The notes beneath the pieces were generated by a model. That model did no database searches and had not been told where the DNA came from. It saw only the letters and a program-made list of their open reading frames with translations. Shown piece after piece: positions 10,783 to 19,932 of a stretch of 64,000 nucleotides of DNA. Within the stretch, counting starts at the first letter, position 1. Each line of letters starts with the position of its first letter. The translations under genes and the position numbers were made by a program. Source of the stretch: Neorhizobium sp. (lineage in GTDB: Bacteria; Pseudomonadota; Alphaproteobacteria; Rhizobiales; Rhizobiaceae); assembly GCA_052038935.1 (NCBI GenBank), contig JBQGDG010000081.1, positions 24,484 to 88,483 on the forward strand, in the 5' to 3' direction.

Positions 10783-11037
10783 CTAGTTGAGGAGCAGACC
10801 GGCTTCTTTCAGATATGTCTTCACCGACGTCAGATCGCCCTCGTAGTCCCAGACCTGCACCGTGTTGTGCGGGCAGGCAACGAAGAGATGGTCATCGGTG
10901 AACGACAAAATCCTGTCGAGCTGGATGACTTTCTCGACAAATTCGTTGCGGTTCATTGGCTTCGATATCAGCTCGCCATTTTCGTCGTAGCCGATATGGA
11001 CGGTTCTGGCGCGTATGCGAGCGGTAAAGTATGTCAT
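10783..11037 (-). CDS. Hypothetical protein (84 aa)
   Basis: Co-oriented inside the operon; protein-like composition with beta-rich segments and a C-terminal amphipathic helix; AAGGG upstream. Confidence 0.7.
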   Translation of the reverse strand: MTYFTARIRARTVHIGYDENGELISKPMNRNEFVEKVIQLDRILSFTDDHLFVACPHNTVQVWDYEGDLTSVKTYLKEAGLLLN

Positions 11038-11131
11038 CAAGCTACCCTTGTGCTTTTCTGTGAGTGGTGACGTCGGTGCGCGCCGGCCTGTGCAGTTTCT
11101 CCTGGCCGGCGACCTTGATCGAGGATCGAGT

Positions 11132-11971
11132 TTATTTCCGTCTCGGATTGAGCGCTTCGTTCAGGGCGTCGCCGAGAAGATTGATGGAAAGCACGGTGAA
11201 CAGGACCGCCAGGCCAGGCATGGTCACCATCCACCACGCGGTGCGGATCGCGGATCGGCCGGCGCCGATCATGAACCCCCAACTCATGATGTTCGGATCG
11301 CCGAGGCCCAGGAACGATAGGCCCGCCTCGAACAGGATGGCCGTCGCGACCATCAGGGAGCCCGCAACGACGATCGTCGACACGATGTTCGGCATGATCT
11401 GAAGGATCAGGATCCTGTGGTCGCGCATGCCGAGCGATATCGATGCCTCGACGAACTCCCGGCCCTTTACGCTGCGGACTTCGGCACGTACCAGTCGTGC
11501 CAGAGGTGCCCAGCTGACGATCGAGATCGCGCCGATCACGTTGGGAAGTGTCGGGCCCAGCACCGCGACGATGACGATCGCACCGATGAAGGTCGGGATG
11601 GTCTGAAAGAATTCTGTGACACGCATGGCCAGCGTATCGACCCAGCCCCCGTAATAGCCGGCGACAGCGCCTACGGTAGTCCCCAGCACGACGATGACCA
11701 CGGTTGCGACCAGCCCGACCAGCAACGAGATCCTCGCGCCGTAAGCAATTCCTGCCGCGATGTCTCTCCCCAGCATGTCGGTGCCGAGGAGATACTCTCC
11801 GAAGGGAGCTTGAAATGGCGGCCCGACCATGTCGAACGGATCGTCCGGAAACAAGACTGAGGCAAAAGCAGCAAGGAACACGACGCAGGCCAGCAGGATG
11901 AGACCGATCGCCCCGCCGGGATTGCGAACGACCTTGCCCAGCAATGACTTCGACTTCGAAATATCAGCCAT
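11132..11971 (-). CDS. Peptide-type ABC transporter permease (DppC/OppC-like)
   Basis: LGTDMLGRD, GARISL, EAA-loop equivalent FVEASISLG, EAGLSFLGLG; GGAGGGAG RBS before ATG 11971. Confidence 0.95.
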   Translation of the reverse strand: MADISKSKSLLGKVVRNPGGAIGLILLACVVFLAAFASVLFPDDPFDMVGPPFQAPFGEYLLGTDMLGRDIAAGIAYGARISLLVGLVATVVIVVLGTTVGAVAGYYGGWVDTLAMRVTEFFQTIPTFIGAIVIVAVLGPTLPNVIGAISIVSWAPLARLVRAEVRSVKGREFVEASISLGMRDHRILILQIMPNIVSTIVVAGSLMVATAILFEAGLSFLGLGDPNIMSWGFMIGAGRSAIRTAWWMVTMPGLAVLFTVLSINLLGDALNEALNPRRK

Positions 11972-12959
11972 CTCTCCCTCCACGCAGGCGGATGCGAGGA
12001 TCGACCAGGGTATAGACGACATCGACCAACGCGTTGGTGATGACGACCAGGATCGAGCTCAGGAAGAAGATGCCGAGCAGCAGGTTGAGATCGCGGGAAA
12101 AGAGAGCTTCGTAAGCGAGCAGTCCGAGGCCCGGCCAGCCGAAAACGGATTCCACAATGACGGAACCGCCGAGCATGGCGGAAACCTGAACACCCGCCAT
12201 CGTGATAACCGGGATGATCGCATTGCGTAGTGCGTGCCGGAGAACGACCTGCTTGTCACTCAGTCCCTTGGCCCGGGCCGTGCGCACGAAATCCTGGCCG
12301 AGGGTCTCGAGCATCGAGGAGCGCATCAGCCGGGTATAGAGCGCCATGTAGAAAAAAGAGAGTGTCGTGGCTGGCAGCACAAGATGATGGGCCACGTCCA
12401 ATATGCGCCCGGCAAACGACATCGGGACGCCGATGGTGACGATGCCACTCGTGGGAAACCAGCCGAGATTGAGCGAAAACACGATGATGAGCATCAGGCC
12501 CACCCAGAAAAGCGGTGTGGCATAGGTGATGATTGCGAGGATGACGATCGTATGGCCGAGGAAGGTGCGGTCCCTGACCGCCGCGAAGGCACCGAAAACG
12601 ACGCCGAGACCTATGGAAATGATCATCGATGCGGCCATCAGCAGCGCCGTCACACCCAGACGGTCGAAGATCAGGCCTGCGATTTCCCTGTTGTGGCGGA
12701 AGGAATATCCGAGGTCGAACATCAGGAGGTTTTTGATATAGGCGAGGAACTGGACCCATAGCGGCTGATCGAGCCCGAACTGCTCACGCAGCTGCCGCAT
12801 GTATTCCTCGGTTGCTCCACCCGCCTCCCCGGCGAGAACCTGAACGGCATCGCCCGGAGCCAGACGAACGAGAAAGAAATTCACGACAACGATCGACAAT
12901 ATGATCGGTATGCCATGCAGCACGCGGCTGATGACGTATTTGCCATTGGCAAACCACAT
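11964..12959 (-). CDS. Peptide-type ABC transporter permease (DppB/OppB-like)
   Basis: PGD, GLDQP, DLGYS, RTARAKGL, HALRNA, ESVFGWPGLG, DPRIR. Confidence 0.95.
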   Translation of the reverse strand: MWFANGKYVISRVLHGIPIILSIVVVNFFLVRLAPGDAVQVLAGEAGGATEEYMRQLREQFGLDQPLWVQFLAYIKNLLMFDLGYSFRHNREIAGLIFDRLGVTALLMAASMIISIGLGVVFGAFAAVRDRTFLGHTIVILAIITYATPLFWVGLMLIIVFSLNLGWFPTSGIVTIGVPMSFAGRILDVAHHLVLPATTLSFFYMALYTRLMRSSMLETLGQDFVRTARAKGLSDKQVVLRHALRNAIIPVITMAGVQVSAMLGGSVIVESVFGWPGLGLLAYEALFSRDLNLLLGIFFLSSILVVITNALVDVVYTLVDPRIRLRGGRDG

Positions 12960-12983
12960 GGTGGGTCCTCACTGCTTGGACGA

Positions 12984-13003
12984 GACCGCATTTTCATGCG
13001 GTC
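12984..13003 (-). other. Stem-loop between the binding-protein gene and the permease gene (possible mRNA stabiliser/attenuator)
   Basis: GACCGCAT-TTTC-ATGCGGTC inverted repeat. Confidence 0.5.
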
Positions 13004-13015
13004 CCTTGAAGCCGA

Positions 13016-14617
13016 CTATTGCTCGATCCAGGTGTCGTAAAGGCCACCCCTCAGTCCGAGAGGCGAAGTGATGAGATCCTTCACCCTGTCGTTCTGCAAG
13101 GCGACGAGGTCCATCTCCATCACCCAGATCAGGGGACTGTCGTCCACCAGCTTGCGCTGCAGTTCATGAAACAATGCGTTGCGCTTGTCGGTGTTCGACT
13201 CGGTCTGGGCGGCTTCCCACAAGGTATCCACCTGCGGATCGGAGTAACGCGCGACATTGCCGAAAGGGACCTGCGGATTGATCATCTTCGACCAGGTGTT
13301 CCGCTGAACGCCCAGCGTCGGGTCGGCCATGCCGATCGACCAGGATGAGCTCATGTCGAAATCGTATTCCGAGTGAACCGAACGTACGAATGTCGGATAG
13401 TCCCGATTGCGCAATTCGACCTGGATCTTCAAACGGGCCAGCTGCTGTTTGATCACCTCGCCCATTCGGCGCCAGTCTTCACCGAAGGCTGCGGGATCGT
13501 GAATGATCTTGAAGCGTATTCCGTCATCCTTCACCGGATAGCCGGCTTCGTCGAGAAGCTTTGCGGCGATTTCAAGCCGGTCTTTGACCGCAAAATCACG
13601 CACGCCCTCGGCCGTGAACGCCCCGGTGCCGGAGACGAAAGACGATATGGGGCCGACGGCTGGCTTGCCGAAACCGTACCACACGTTGTTGATGATCTGC
13701 TTGCGATCGAGCGCATATGCGACAGCCTGGCGGACGAGCTTGTTGTCGAACGGCGGGCGCTTGTTGTTGAGTTCCAGCATCATCATCGGCGCAATGGCTT
13801 CGTAGCCGCCCTGAGCGATCGAGATGCCGTCGATAGCCTCCAACCTGCGCATCTCGACCGGGTTTACCGTGCCGAAGGTCGCCACGTCGATCTCGCCGCT
13901 TTCAATCCCGGCCGCTCGCGTAGCGGAGTCGGCTATGAAGCGGAAAATGATGCTATCGAGATAGGGCCGCTCCTTGCGCCAGTAGTTCTCGTTCTTGACG
14001 AGGCGGATGTAGCTGCCCTTCTCCCAGGCGTCGAATTTGAACGGCCCTGTTCCGATGGGCTTGTTGACCGCTGGATTGTTGCGGAAGTCCGTGCCTTCGT
14101 AGATGTGCTTGGGCACGATCGGCGCCTCGAGGCTCGACAGGCCGCGCATCAGCGGGAGATATGCATGCGCAAGGTGGAAGACGACCGTGTGTTCGTCTGG
14201 GGTGTCGATGCTCGACACCGGGCCGAGGTTGCCCTTTCCGCGCGGATGATATTCCTTCACCACCTGCATCAACGAGAACTGGACGTCCGCCGAGGTAAAC
14301 GGCTTGCCGTCATGCCAGACCACGCCCTGACGCAGCTTGAATGTGATCGTCAGGCCGTCGTCGCTGATGTCCCAGCTCTCCGCAAGCGACGGCTTCGGCT
14401 GGAGCTCCATATCGTACTCGAGAAGGCCGTCGAAAATCTTGGTAGCCAGTTCGGCCGTAGTGGGCGCCGAGCTCAGCGCGTTCGTGATGAGGGATGGCTC
14501 CGGCGTCGTCGTGATGACAAGGTTGCCGCCGGGCGTTTGAGCCAACGCGGTCGAACTTGCAAATGCGAGCGCGACGGAGAGCGCCATGGCTGACAAGAGT
14601 GGTCTGACTTTTTTCAT
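13016..14617 (-). CDS. ABC substrate-binding protein, family 5
   Basis: Signal peptide ..ALA-QT; LAESW, FKLRQGVVWHDG, GTGPFKF, VRQAVAYALDR. Confidence 0.95.
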   Translation of the reverse strand: MKKVRPLLSAMALSVALAFASSTALAQTPGGNLVITTTPEPSLITNALSSAPTTAELATKIFDGLLEYDMELQPKPSLAESWDISDDGLTITFKLRQGVVWHDGKPFTSADVQFSLMQVVKEYHPRGKGNLGPVSSIDTPDEHTVVFHLAHAYLPLMRGLSSLEAPIVPKHIYEGTDFRNNPAVNKPIGTGPFKFDAWEKGSYIRLVKNENYWRKERPYLDSIIFRFIADSATRAAGIESGEIDVATFGTVNPVEMRRLEAIDGISIAQGGYEAIAPMMMLELNNKRPPFDNKLVRQAVAYALDRKQIINNVWYGFGKPAVGPISSFVSGTGAFTAEGVRDFAVKDRLEIAAKLLDEAGYPVKDDGIRFKIIHDPAAFGEDWRRMGEVIKQQLARLKIQVELRNRDYPTFVRSVHSEYDFDMSSSWSIGMADPTLGVQRNTWSKMINPQVPFGNVARYSDPQVDTLWEAAQTESNTDKRNALFHELQRKLVDDSPLIWVMEMDLVALQNDRVKDLITSPLGLRGGLYDTWIEQ

Positions 14618-14735
14618 CGTTGTAAAGTTCCCCTGAGACAATTCGGCCTTGGTCCGGTTCAACGACGGCCGACTGCTGCGTTGTGGCGGACATCACGCAC
14701 ATGTCAGCCAACTGAAAGTCAGATTATCATAGGAC

Positions 14736-14800
14736 TATAATTGCGCAAGGCAGATTTATAATTTTGCAAAATCGCAGTGTTTTTTATACTATGCGCGCAA
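14736..14800. promoter_or_regulatory. Candidate operator boxes in the divergent promoter region
   Basis: TATAATTGCGCAA (14736), TATAATTTTGCAA (14757), TACTATGCGCGCAA (14787); palindrome ATTTTGCAAAAT at 14761-14772. Confidence 0.45.
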
Positions 14801-14819
14801 CACACGAGAAAGAACCCAT

Positions 14820-15422
14820 ATGGTGCTGACCCCGCAAGCAATCGCTAACGTTTCTCCACTGGATGGCTTGGGCGAGAGAATCCGGACCCTTCGCTCCGAG
14901 CGTGGTTTAACTCTGCAGGAGCTTTCTACAATAAGTCAAGTTTCAGTCGCCATGTTGAGTCATATCGAAAGAGGCCGCAGTGCGCCCTCGATCAAGGTTC
15001 TTGACCGCGTCCGGCTGGCGCTTGGGGTTCCGTTCAGTGCCTTTTTTGAAGAGACCGCAGAGACCACGCCAGGCGACGAGCGTCAGGTGATAAGCCGCAA
15101 GAGTGAACGACCATTCCTGGCATTCACGGCAACCGGCCTGAAGAAGGAGCTCGCATCGCCTATCCGCGGCACGCGGCTGGAGATGATGATACTTCACATT
15201 GACCGCGACGGTCATTCGGGAGACGAGCCTTGGCGCCGGGACGGTGAAAAATGCGGGATGGTGATGGAGGGACGCTTCGAGCTTACGATCGGAAGCAGCA
15301 AATACACCGTAGAACAAGGTGACGCTTTCCAGTTCGATAGCTCAGCCCCGCATTCCTTCAGGAATTTGCATGACGGACCCACCAAGGTCATGTGGATCGT
15401 GTATTCCAAGGACTTGGGTTGA
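14820..15422 (+). CDS. XRE-family HTH plus cupin transcriptional regulator
   Basis: LGERIRTLRSERGLTLQELS..SVAMLSHIERG..PS; cupin GEKCGMVMEG..GDAFQFDSSAPHSFRN. Confidence 0.92.
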   Translation: MVLTPQAIANVSPLDGLGERIRTLRSERGLTLQELSTISQVSVAMLSHIERGRSAPSIKVLDRVRLALGVPFSAFFEETAETTPGDERQVISRKSERPFLAFTATGLKKELASPIRGTRLEMMILHIDRDGHSGDEPWRRDGEKCGMVMEGRFELTIGSSKYTVEQGDAFQFDSSAPHSFRNLHDGPTKVMWIVYSKDLG

Positions 15423-15467
15423 CCTCTGAAAACTTGTTCGCTTGCGCCCGCATCGGGCCGGTTGCCG

Positions 15468-15520
15468 CATCCTATCCGATAGGATGAAAAGCCCTGGTTG
15501 CCGGTGCGGCGACCTATCCG
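15468..15520. promoter_or_regulatory. Palindrome plus repeated CCTATCCG upstream of the first glycosyltransferase
   Basis: Perfect 19-bp palindrome CATCCTATC-C-GATAGGATG (15468-15486); second CCTATCCG at 15513, 42 bp downstream. Confidence 0.45.
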
Positions 15521-15635
15521 ACCGACGTATTCTTCTTTGTCGCCGTGCTGCACCCTCGTCCCTTCGATCAGCTTGTCGTTTCCGACCGTCCGGCCAAGAG
15601 TCCATCGAAGGCTGACATGGTGGATGGAACCAAGC

Positions 15636-16892
15636 ATGAAGATCATTCTGGTCAATCGATACTTCTTTCCCGACCAGTCAGCGACCAGCCGGGTCATCTC
15701 ATCCATCGCCTTTTCCCTGGCCAGACGAGGTTTCCAGGTAACGGCGGTCGCCAGCCGGGAGATCCACAATCGGCCCGGCGAGATGCTGCCGGCGGACGAG
15801 ATCATAGACGGCGTGACGGTGAAACGTCTGGTGAGCGCAGGGGCCGGCCGCCGGAACCTGTTCAGACGTTGCCTGGATTATGCGCTTTTTCACGGGCTTG
15901 CCTTCCTGTGGCTGCTTCGGAACGCGACAGCGTCGGACCAGGTCGTCGTTTGCACGGATCCCCCTCTCCTGTCGGTGACGACGAGCGTCGCCGGCAGGCT
16001 GAAAGGCGCCACCATGGTGAACTGGATCATGGACCTGTTCCCGGAGACGGCCATAGAGCTCGGTTTTCTCCGCCGCTGGCCGAAACTTGGTCAATGGATC
16101 GCGGCGGCGCGCAACTGGTCGCTGAGATCGTCCGGCATGATCATTTGCCCGACCAGCACCATGGCGGATTATCTGAATGGTCAGGGCCTGTCCCGCGACC
16201 GGCTGCTCGTCATGCACCACTGGGCCGATAGCAACGAGATCTTCCCGATCTCCGCCCGCGACAACAGGCTGCGTGTCGAGTGGGGCCTGGAGGACGCCTT
16301 CGTCGTCGGCTATTCCGGCAATTTCGGAAGGGCCCATGAATTCACTACGCTGATCGAGGCAGCCTCACGCCTCAGGCATCGTGCCGATATCAAGTTTCTG
16401 ATGATCGGCGGTGGCCACCAGCATGCGCGGGTTACCGAGGAAGTCGGCAGGCTCGGCCTTGAGAATGTCATCTTCAAGCCGCTGCAGCCGGTTACGGATC
16501 TGGCCGAGAGTATCGGTGCGGCCGACGTTCATGTCGTGTCGCTTCTTCCGGAGCTGGAACACTGCATCATTCCGAGCAAGTTCTACGGTATTCTCGCGGC
16601 CGGCCGGCCGACCCTCTTCATCGGAGACCGGAACGGCGAGGTTCCGCGCGTGCTCTCTCTTCATGATTGCGGCCGAAGCGTCGCTATCGGGGCGGCCGAC
16701 GAGCTTGCGGCATTGATCGAATGGATGCGGAGCAACCCCGCCGAATGCGCTTCCATGGGCGAAACCGCGCGCAGGCTGCAGACCGCCGAATATTCCGGTG
16801 ACCGGGCGGCCGACGGCTGGAGCGCGTTGATCACACGAATCCAGACCGCGGAGCCGGCCATCCCTCCCCTCGTGTCGCAGGTCTCTCGTTAG
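15636..16892 (+). CDS. Glycosyltransferase family 4 (WcaI/WbuB-like)
   Basis: NRYFFPD, TDPPLL, WIMDLFPE, YSGNFGRAH, PSKFYGILAAGRP. Confidence 0.9.
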   Translation: MKIILVNRYFFPDQSATSRVISSIAFSLARRGFQVTAVASREIHNRPGEMLPADEIIDGVTVKRLVSAGAGRRNLFRRCLDYALFHGLAFLWLLRNATASDQVVVCTDPPLLSVTTSVAGRLKGATMVNWIMDLFPETAIELGFLRRWPKLGQWIAAARNWSLRSSGMIICPTSTMADYLNGQGLSRDRLLVMHHWADSNEIFPISARDNRLRVEWGLEDAFVVGYSGNFGRAHEFTTLIEAASRLRHRADIKFLMIGGGHQHARVTEEVGRLGLENVIFKPLQPVTDLAESIGAADVHVVSLLPELEHCIIPSKFYGILAAGRPTLFIGDRNGEVPRVLSLHDCGRSVAIGAADELAALIEWMRSNPAECASMGETARRLQTAEYSGDRAADGWSALITRIQTAEPAIPPLVSQVSR

Positions 16893-17042
16893 AGGGCGCC
16901 CCAATTCGCAACTTTATTCTCCCGACGGATAATCCGGAGGCGAGGACAAATTCCTCGATACGCTTCGGGCACTTCATGCAGTCAGAAGCCCATCTATCCG
17001 AGGTCGCAGCCGCGGCGGGCTTGCCGAAGGCTCACCGCGCAT

Positions 17043-17651
17043 CTATCGCCGAAACGCGTAGGACGCAGCGGCCTCGGGGCGGCGCCGGCCGACCGGCTTT
17101 GCAGGGTTCCCGACATATATGGTCCAGGGCTGAAGCGCCTTTGCAGTCACCGCCCTTGCGCCAAGGACGGCCCCCTCGCCTATCACCACCCCTGGTCCGA
17201 CAAAGGCTTCGGCCGCAACCCACGCATTGGATTCCACGGTTATCGGTTTGTGTACCAGCGGGAATGTGCTGTCCTGCACGTCGTGCGATCCAGAGCAGAG
17301 ATGGGCGCGTTGCGATACGGATGCGAATTCTCCGATCCTGATCACGTCGATATTGTAGCAGATCACGCCGGGCCCCATCGAGGAATATCGCTCCATGACG
17401 AGATGTGCGGGCCACCATATCAGCGCCTTGGCGTGGACGGAGGCGGTCGCGTCGATTGTCGCACCGAAGCGCCTGAGCAGAAAATTGCGCCAGCGGCGGA
17501 GGGGTGGCGGCGTCCATGCCGCGAGAACCCGCCAGGTGATCATCCAGGCAAGGCGCTTCAGCCGGAACCGCAGGGCGAGCGTCGGGCCGTTGAAGCGCGG
17601 CAGTGGGGTCGTGGCATGTTTGAAGGTAGGATCTTCGTATCTGGACAGCAT
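17043..17651 (-). CDS. wcaF: WcaF-like hexapeptide-repeat O-acetyltransferase
   Basis: RNFLLRRFGA, WWPAHL, SQRAHLCSGSHD, PITVESNAWVAAEAFVGPGV, GNPAKP. Confidence 0.85.
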   Translation of the reverse strand: MLSRYEDPTFKHATTPLPRFNGPTLALRFRLKRLAWMITWRVLAAWTPPPLRRWRNFLLRRFGATIDATASVHAKALIWWPAHLVMERYSSMGPGVICYNIDVIRIGEFASVSQRAHLCSGSHDVQDSTFPLVHKPITVESNAWVAAEAFVGPGVVIGEGAVLGARAVTAKALQPWTIYVGNPAKPVGRRRPEAAASYAFRR

Positions 17652-17831
17652 GGCTTAACCCGTCGCGCGAAGGAATGTCTTAGGATGAGGAACAAAGTGG
17701 CCGGAAGGCGTGACGACAAGGAATGGGATCCGCGCCGCGGGCATCTGCATATCCATCTACGCAGCCTGAGCCCGATCGGGATGACAGGAGGAAGGCATGT
17801 CCGCAAGCAGGCAGAGGACCGGAAAACATAG

Positions 17832-18539
17832 TCATGGGAGCCGATTTGTCCCCAATGTCAGCTCGTCCGCGGAGGATGCCATCTCCGGCATGCTGCTGCG
17901 AAGATCATAGGCGACAATCTTGGCATATTCCTTGAATACCTGGAGCCCTTCGATGTCGCCCGCGAGCGTCCAGTAGGACTTTGTCTTCTCCGTGGGAATC
18001 GAGATCCACTGGATGTCGGGCATCAACGAACGGAAACGTTTTGCCGCGCGCTTGGAGTGAAACCAGCTCGTCACCAGGATTGCCTGCTGAACGTCCAGGC
18101 GGTCGAGCAACGGTTTCGAGAAAGTTGCGTTCTCCCAGGTCGTCTGCGAACGGCATTCCGTCGCAATCGCTGCCGCATTCACGCCGGCGGTAACCAGGCT
18201 CGTCCGGATGAATTCGCAGTCGCCGGCACCCGTAACCAATACCGAGGGTGCCATCCCATCTCGCCACAGGGCCGCCGCCCGGGCCGCCCGGGAAGGGCCG
18301 TCGCCTCCGAGGATGACGATGATGTCCGCCCGCTGCGGCATGTTCCGCTCTGCCAGCAGGTAGTCCGCCGACAATAACGCTATCGCATAAAGAGCGATCG
18401 CAGCCGTTGCGAACAATCCCGAATAGGGAAGCAGATATGCCAGACGTCGTCGCTCCCGAGATTGCATCGACCGTTGAGCCACGAGCGACCGGGTGTCGTT
18501 CGCCGGGGAAAGCGGTGGAACTGACGGAGGCTTTCTCAT
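17832..18539 (-). CDS. YdcF/ElyC/SanA (DUF218) family membrane-anchored protein
   Basis: N-terminal transmembrane segment; DIIVILGG, SQTTWENA, LVTSWFHSKRA, KEY motifs. Confidence 0.88.
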   Translation of the reverse strand: MRKPPSVPPLSPANDTRSLVAQRSMQSRERRRLAYLLPYSGLFATAAIALYAIALLSADYLLAERNMPQRADIIVILGGDGPSRAARAAALWRDGMAPSVLVTGAGDCEFIRTSLVTAGVNAAAIATECRSQTTWENATFSKPLLDRLDVQQAILVTSWFHSKRAAKRFRSLMPDIQWISIPTEKTKSYWTLAGDIEGLQVFKEYAKIVAYDLRSSMPEMASSADELTLGTNRLP

Positions 18540-18545
18540 GGCACG

Positions 18546-19697
18546 TCACTCATCCTTCATGAGAGATGCCGGTGCCGAGCTCAGGCGGCCGGATGCCGGT
18601 ATGGCGCCGAGCACCCCGGCTCCGTTCTTGCCCAGCCGTCGGGGCTCCCGAACGAGCCTGGCCCTGGACAGGGAGCCGGTGGCAGCGAGAACGAAGAGCG
18701 TGTGAAGGAGAATAGGAATGGCAAGCCCTATCGCCATGACTTCTCCGGGAATGTTCAGGAGGACGCCGAGATAGCCGATGCCGCCGCAGATGGTGGAGAC
18801 GATGATGATCGTGATGGTTGTCGCGGCCGGCGTGAATCCGTAGTCGAGCAGCAGATGATGCAGATGCCAGCGGTCGGCCGACATCGGGTTGCGATGGGCG
18901 AGCAACCGGCGAACGATGAGGCTGAGCGTGTCGGCCACCGGAACGATGACGATCCATATCAGTGCCGGGAACGAAACGGCGACGCTTTCCGTAGCGAGTA
19001 GAATGATGGCGTAGGAGATCGTCGCTCCGAGGGCCGTGCTGCCCGCATCGCCGAGGAAGATGCTGGCCCTCGACCGCCAGGGGCTGCGCATGTTGAAGAC
19101 GAGAAACGCGCAGAGGCAGACGAGGAGCGTCTGCAGCGGTGGTATGAGCCCTTTCATATCGGCGAAACCGGCTACCAGCATCAGCCAGACGAGAGCGACA
19201 CCGGCAACCCCGCCGGCAAGTCCGTCGACACCGTCGATCATGTTCCACGAGTTGACGAGCCCCGTGACGAAGATGACGCCGACGATGAAGAACAGGGGAA
19301 GGAACAGGTGGGAGTTCTGCGAAAACAGCGCGCCGACGGAAAGCGCTCCGATATTCGCGCCGCCGATGAACGTCACCGCCATCGCGAGCTGCATGACGAA
19401 CCGCCCCGCCGCAGGAAGCGGTCGACGGTCGTCGACGAGGCCGATCAAGAGAATTACCGACAGGCCGAGCCAGAAATTCAGTCCCAGGATATCCGTCTGG
19501 CCGGTGATGAAGGACGCCGCAGCAAAAGCGGAGAATATTGCGATCCCCCCGCATAGCGGAACGGCGCCGACATGCCTCTTTCGAGCGGAATCCGGGCGGT
19601 CCACGAGCTGATAGGTGATGGCCAGTTGGCGAAGAATGACGACCAGCGCGACGCTCAGCGTGAATGTTGCGGTGGCATTGACCAGCAGTCCGCCCAT
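18546..19697 (-). CDS. Undecaprenyl-phosphate sugar-1-phosphate transferase (WecA/MraY family)
   Basis: RKRH..P..GG, GLVDD, NSWNMIDGVDGLAG, FLGDAGS, DRWHLHHLL; AGGAGG RBS before ATG 19697. Confidence 0.92.
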   Translation of the reverse strand: MGGLLVNATATFTLSVALVVILRQLAITYQLVDRPDSARKRHVGAVPLCGGIAIFSAFAAASFITGQTDILGLNFWLGLSVILLIGLVDDRRPLPAAGRFVMQLAMAVTFIGGANIGALSVGALFSQNSHLFLPLFFIVGVIFVTGLVNSWNMIDGVDGLAGGVAGVALVWLMLVAGFADMKGLIPPLQTLLVCLCAFLVFNMRSPWRSRASIFLGDAGSTALGATISYAIILLATESVAVSFPALIWIVIVPVADTLSLIVRRLLAHRNPMSADRWHLHHLLLDYGFTPAATTITIIIVSTICGGIGYLGVLLNIPGEVMAIGLAIPILLHTLFVLAATGSLSRARLVREPRRLGKNGAGVLGAIPASGRLSSAPASLMKDE

Positions 19698-19932
19698 GTT
19701 GCTACCCCTCCTGGCGTCGAAACCAGCACGGCACGGTCCCTCGCCCGTGTCGGCCTCACAGGGATCGTAGAGAAACGCCACCTCTCACGGTACGGCGGCA
19801 AATGGAGCAGCGCCCTCCATCAATGGGATGAGGCGAATGAAACGGGAGTATGCAGCTAGTTCCAAAGAGGCTGCCCGGAGGCAAAGGACGGCCTTTTCAC
19901 TCGGGGGGGAATCCGGTTGGATCCTCGGAGGC

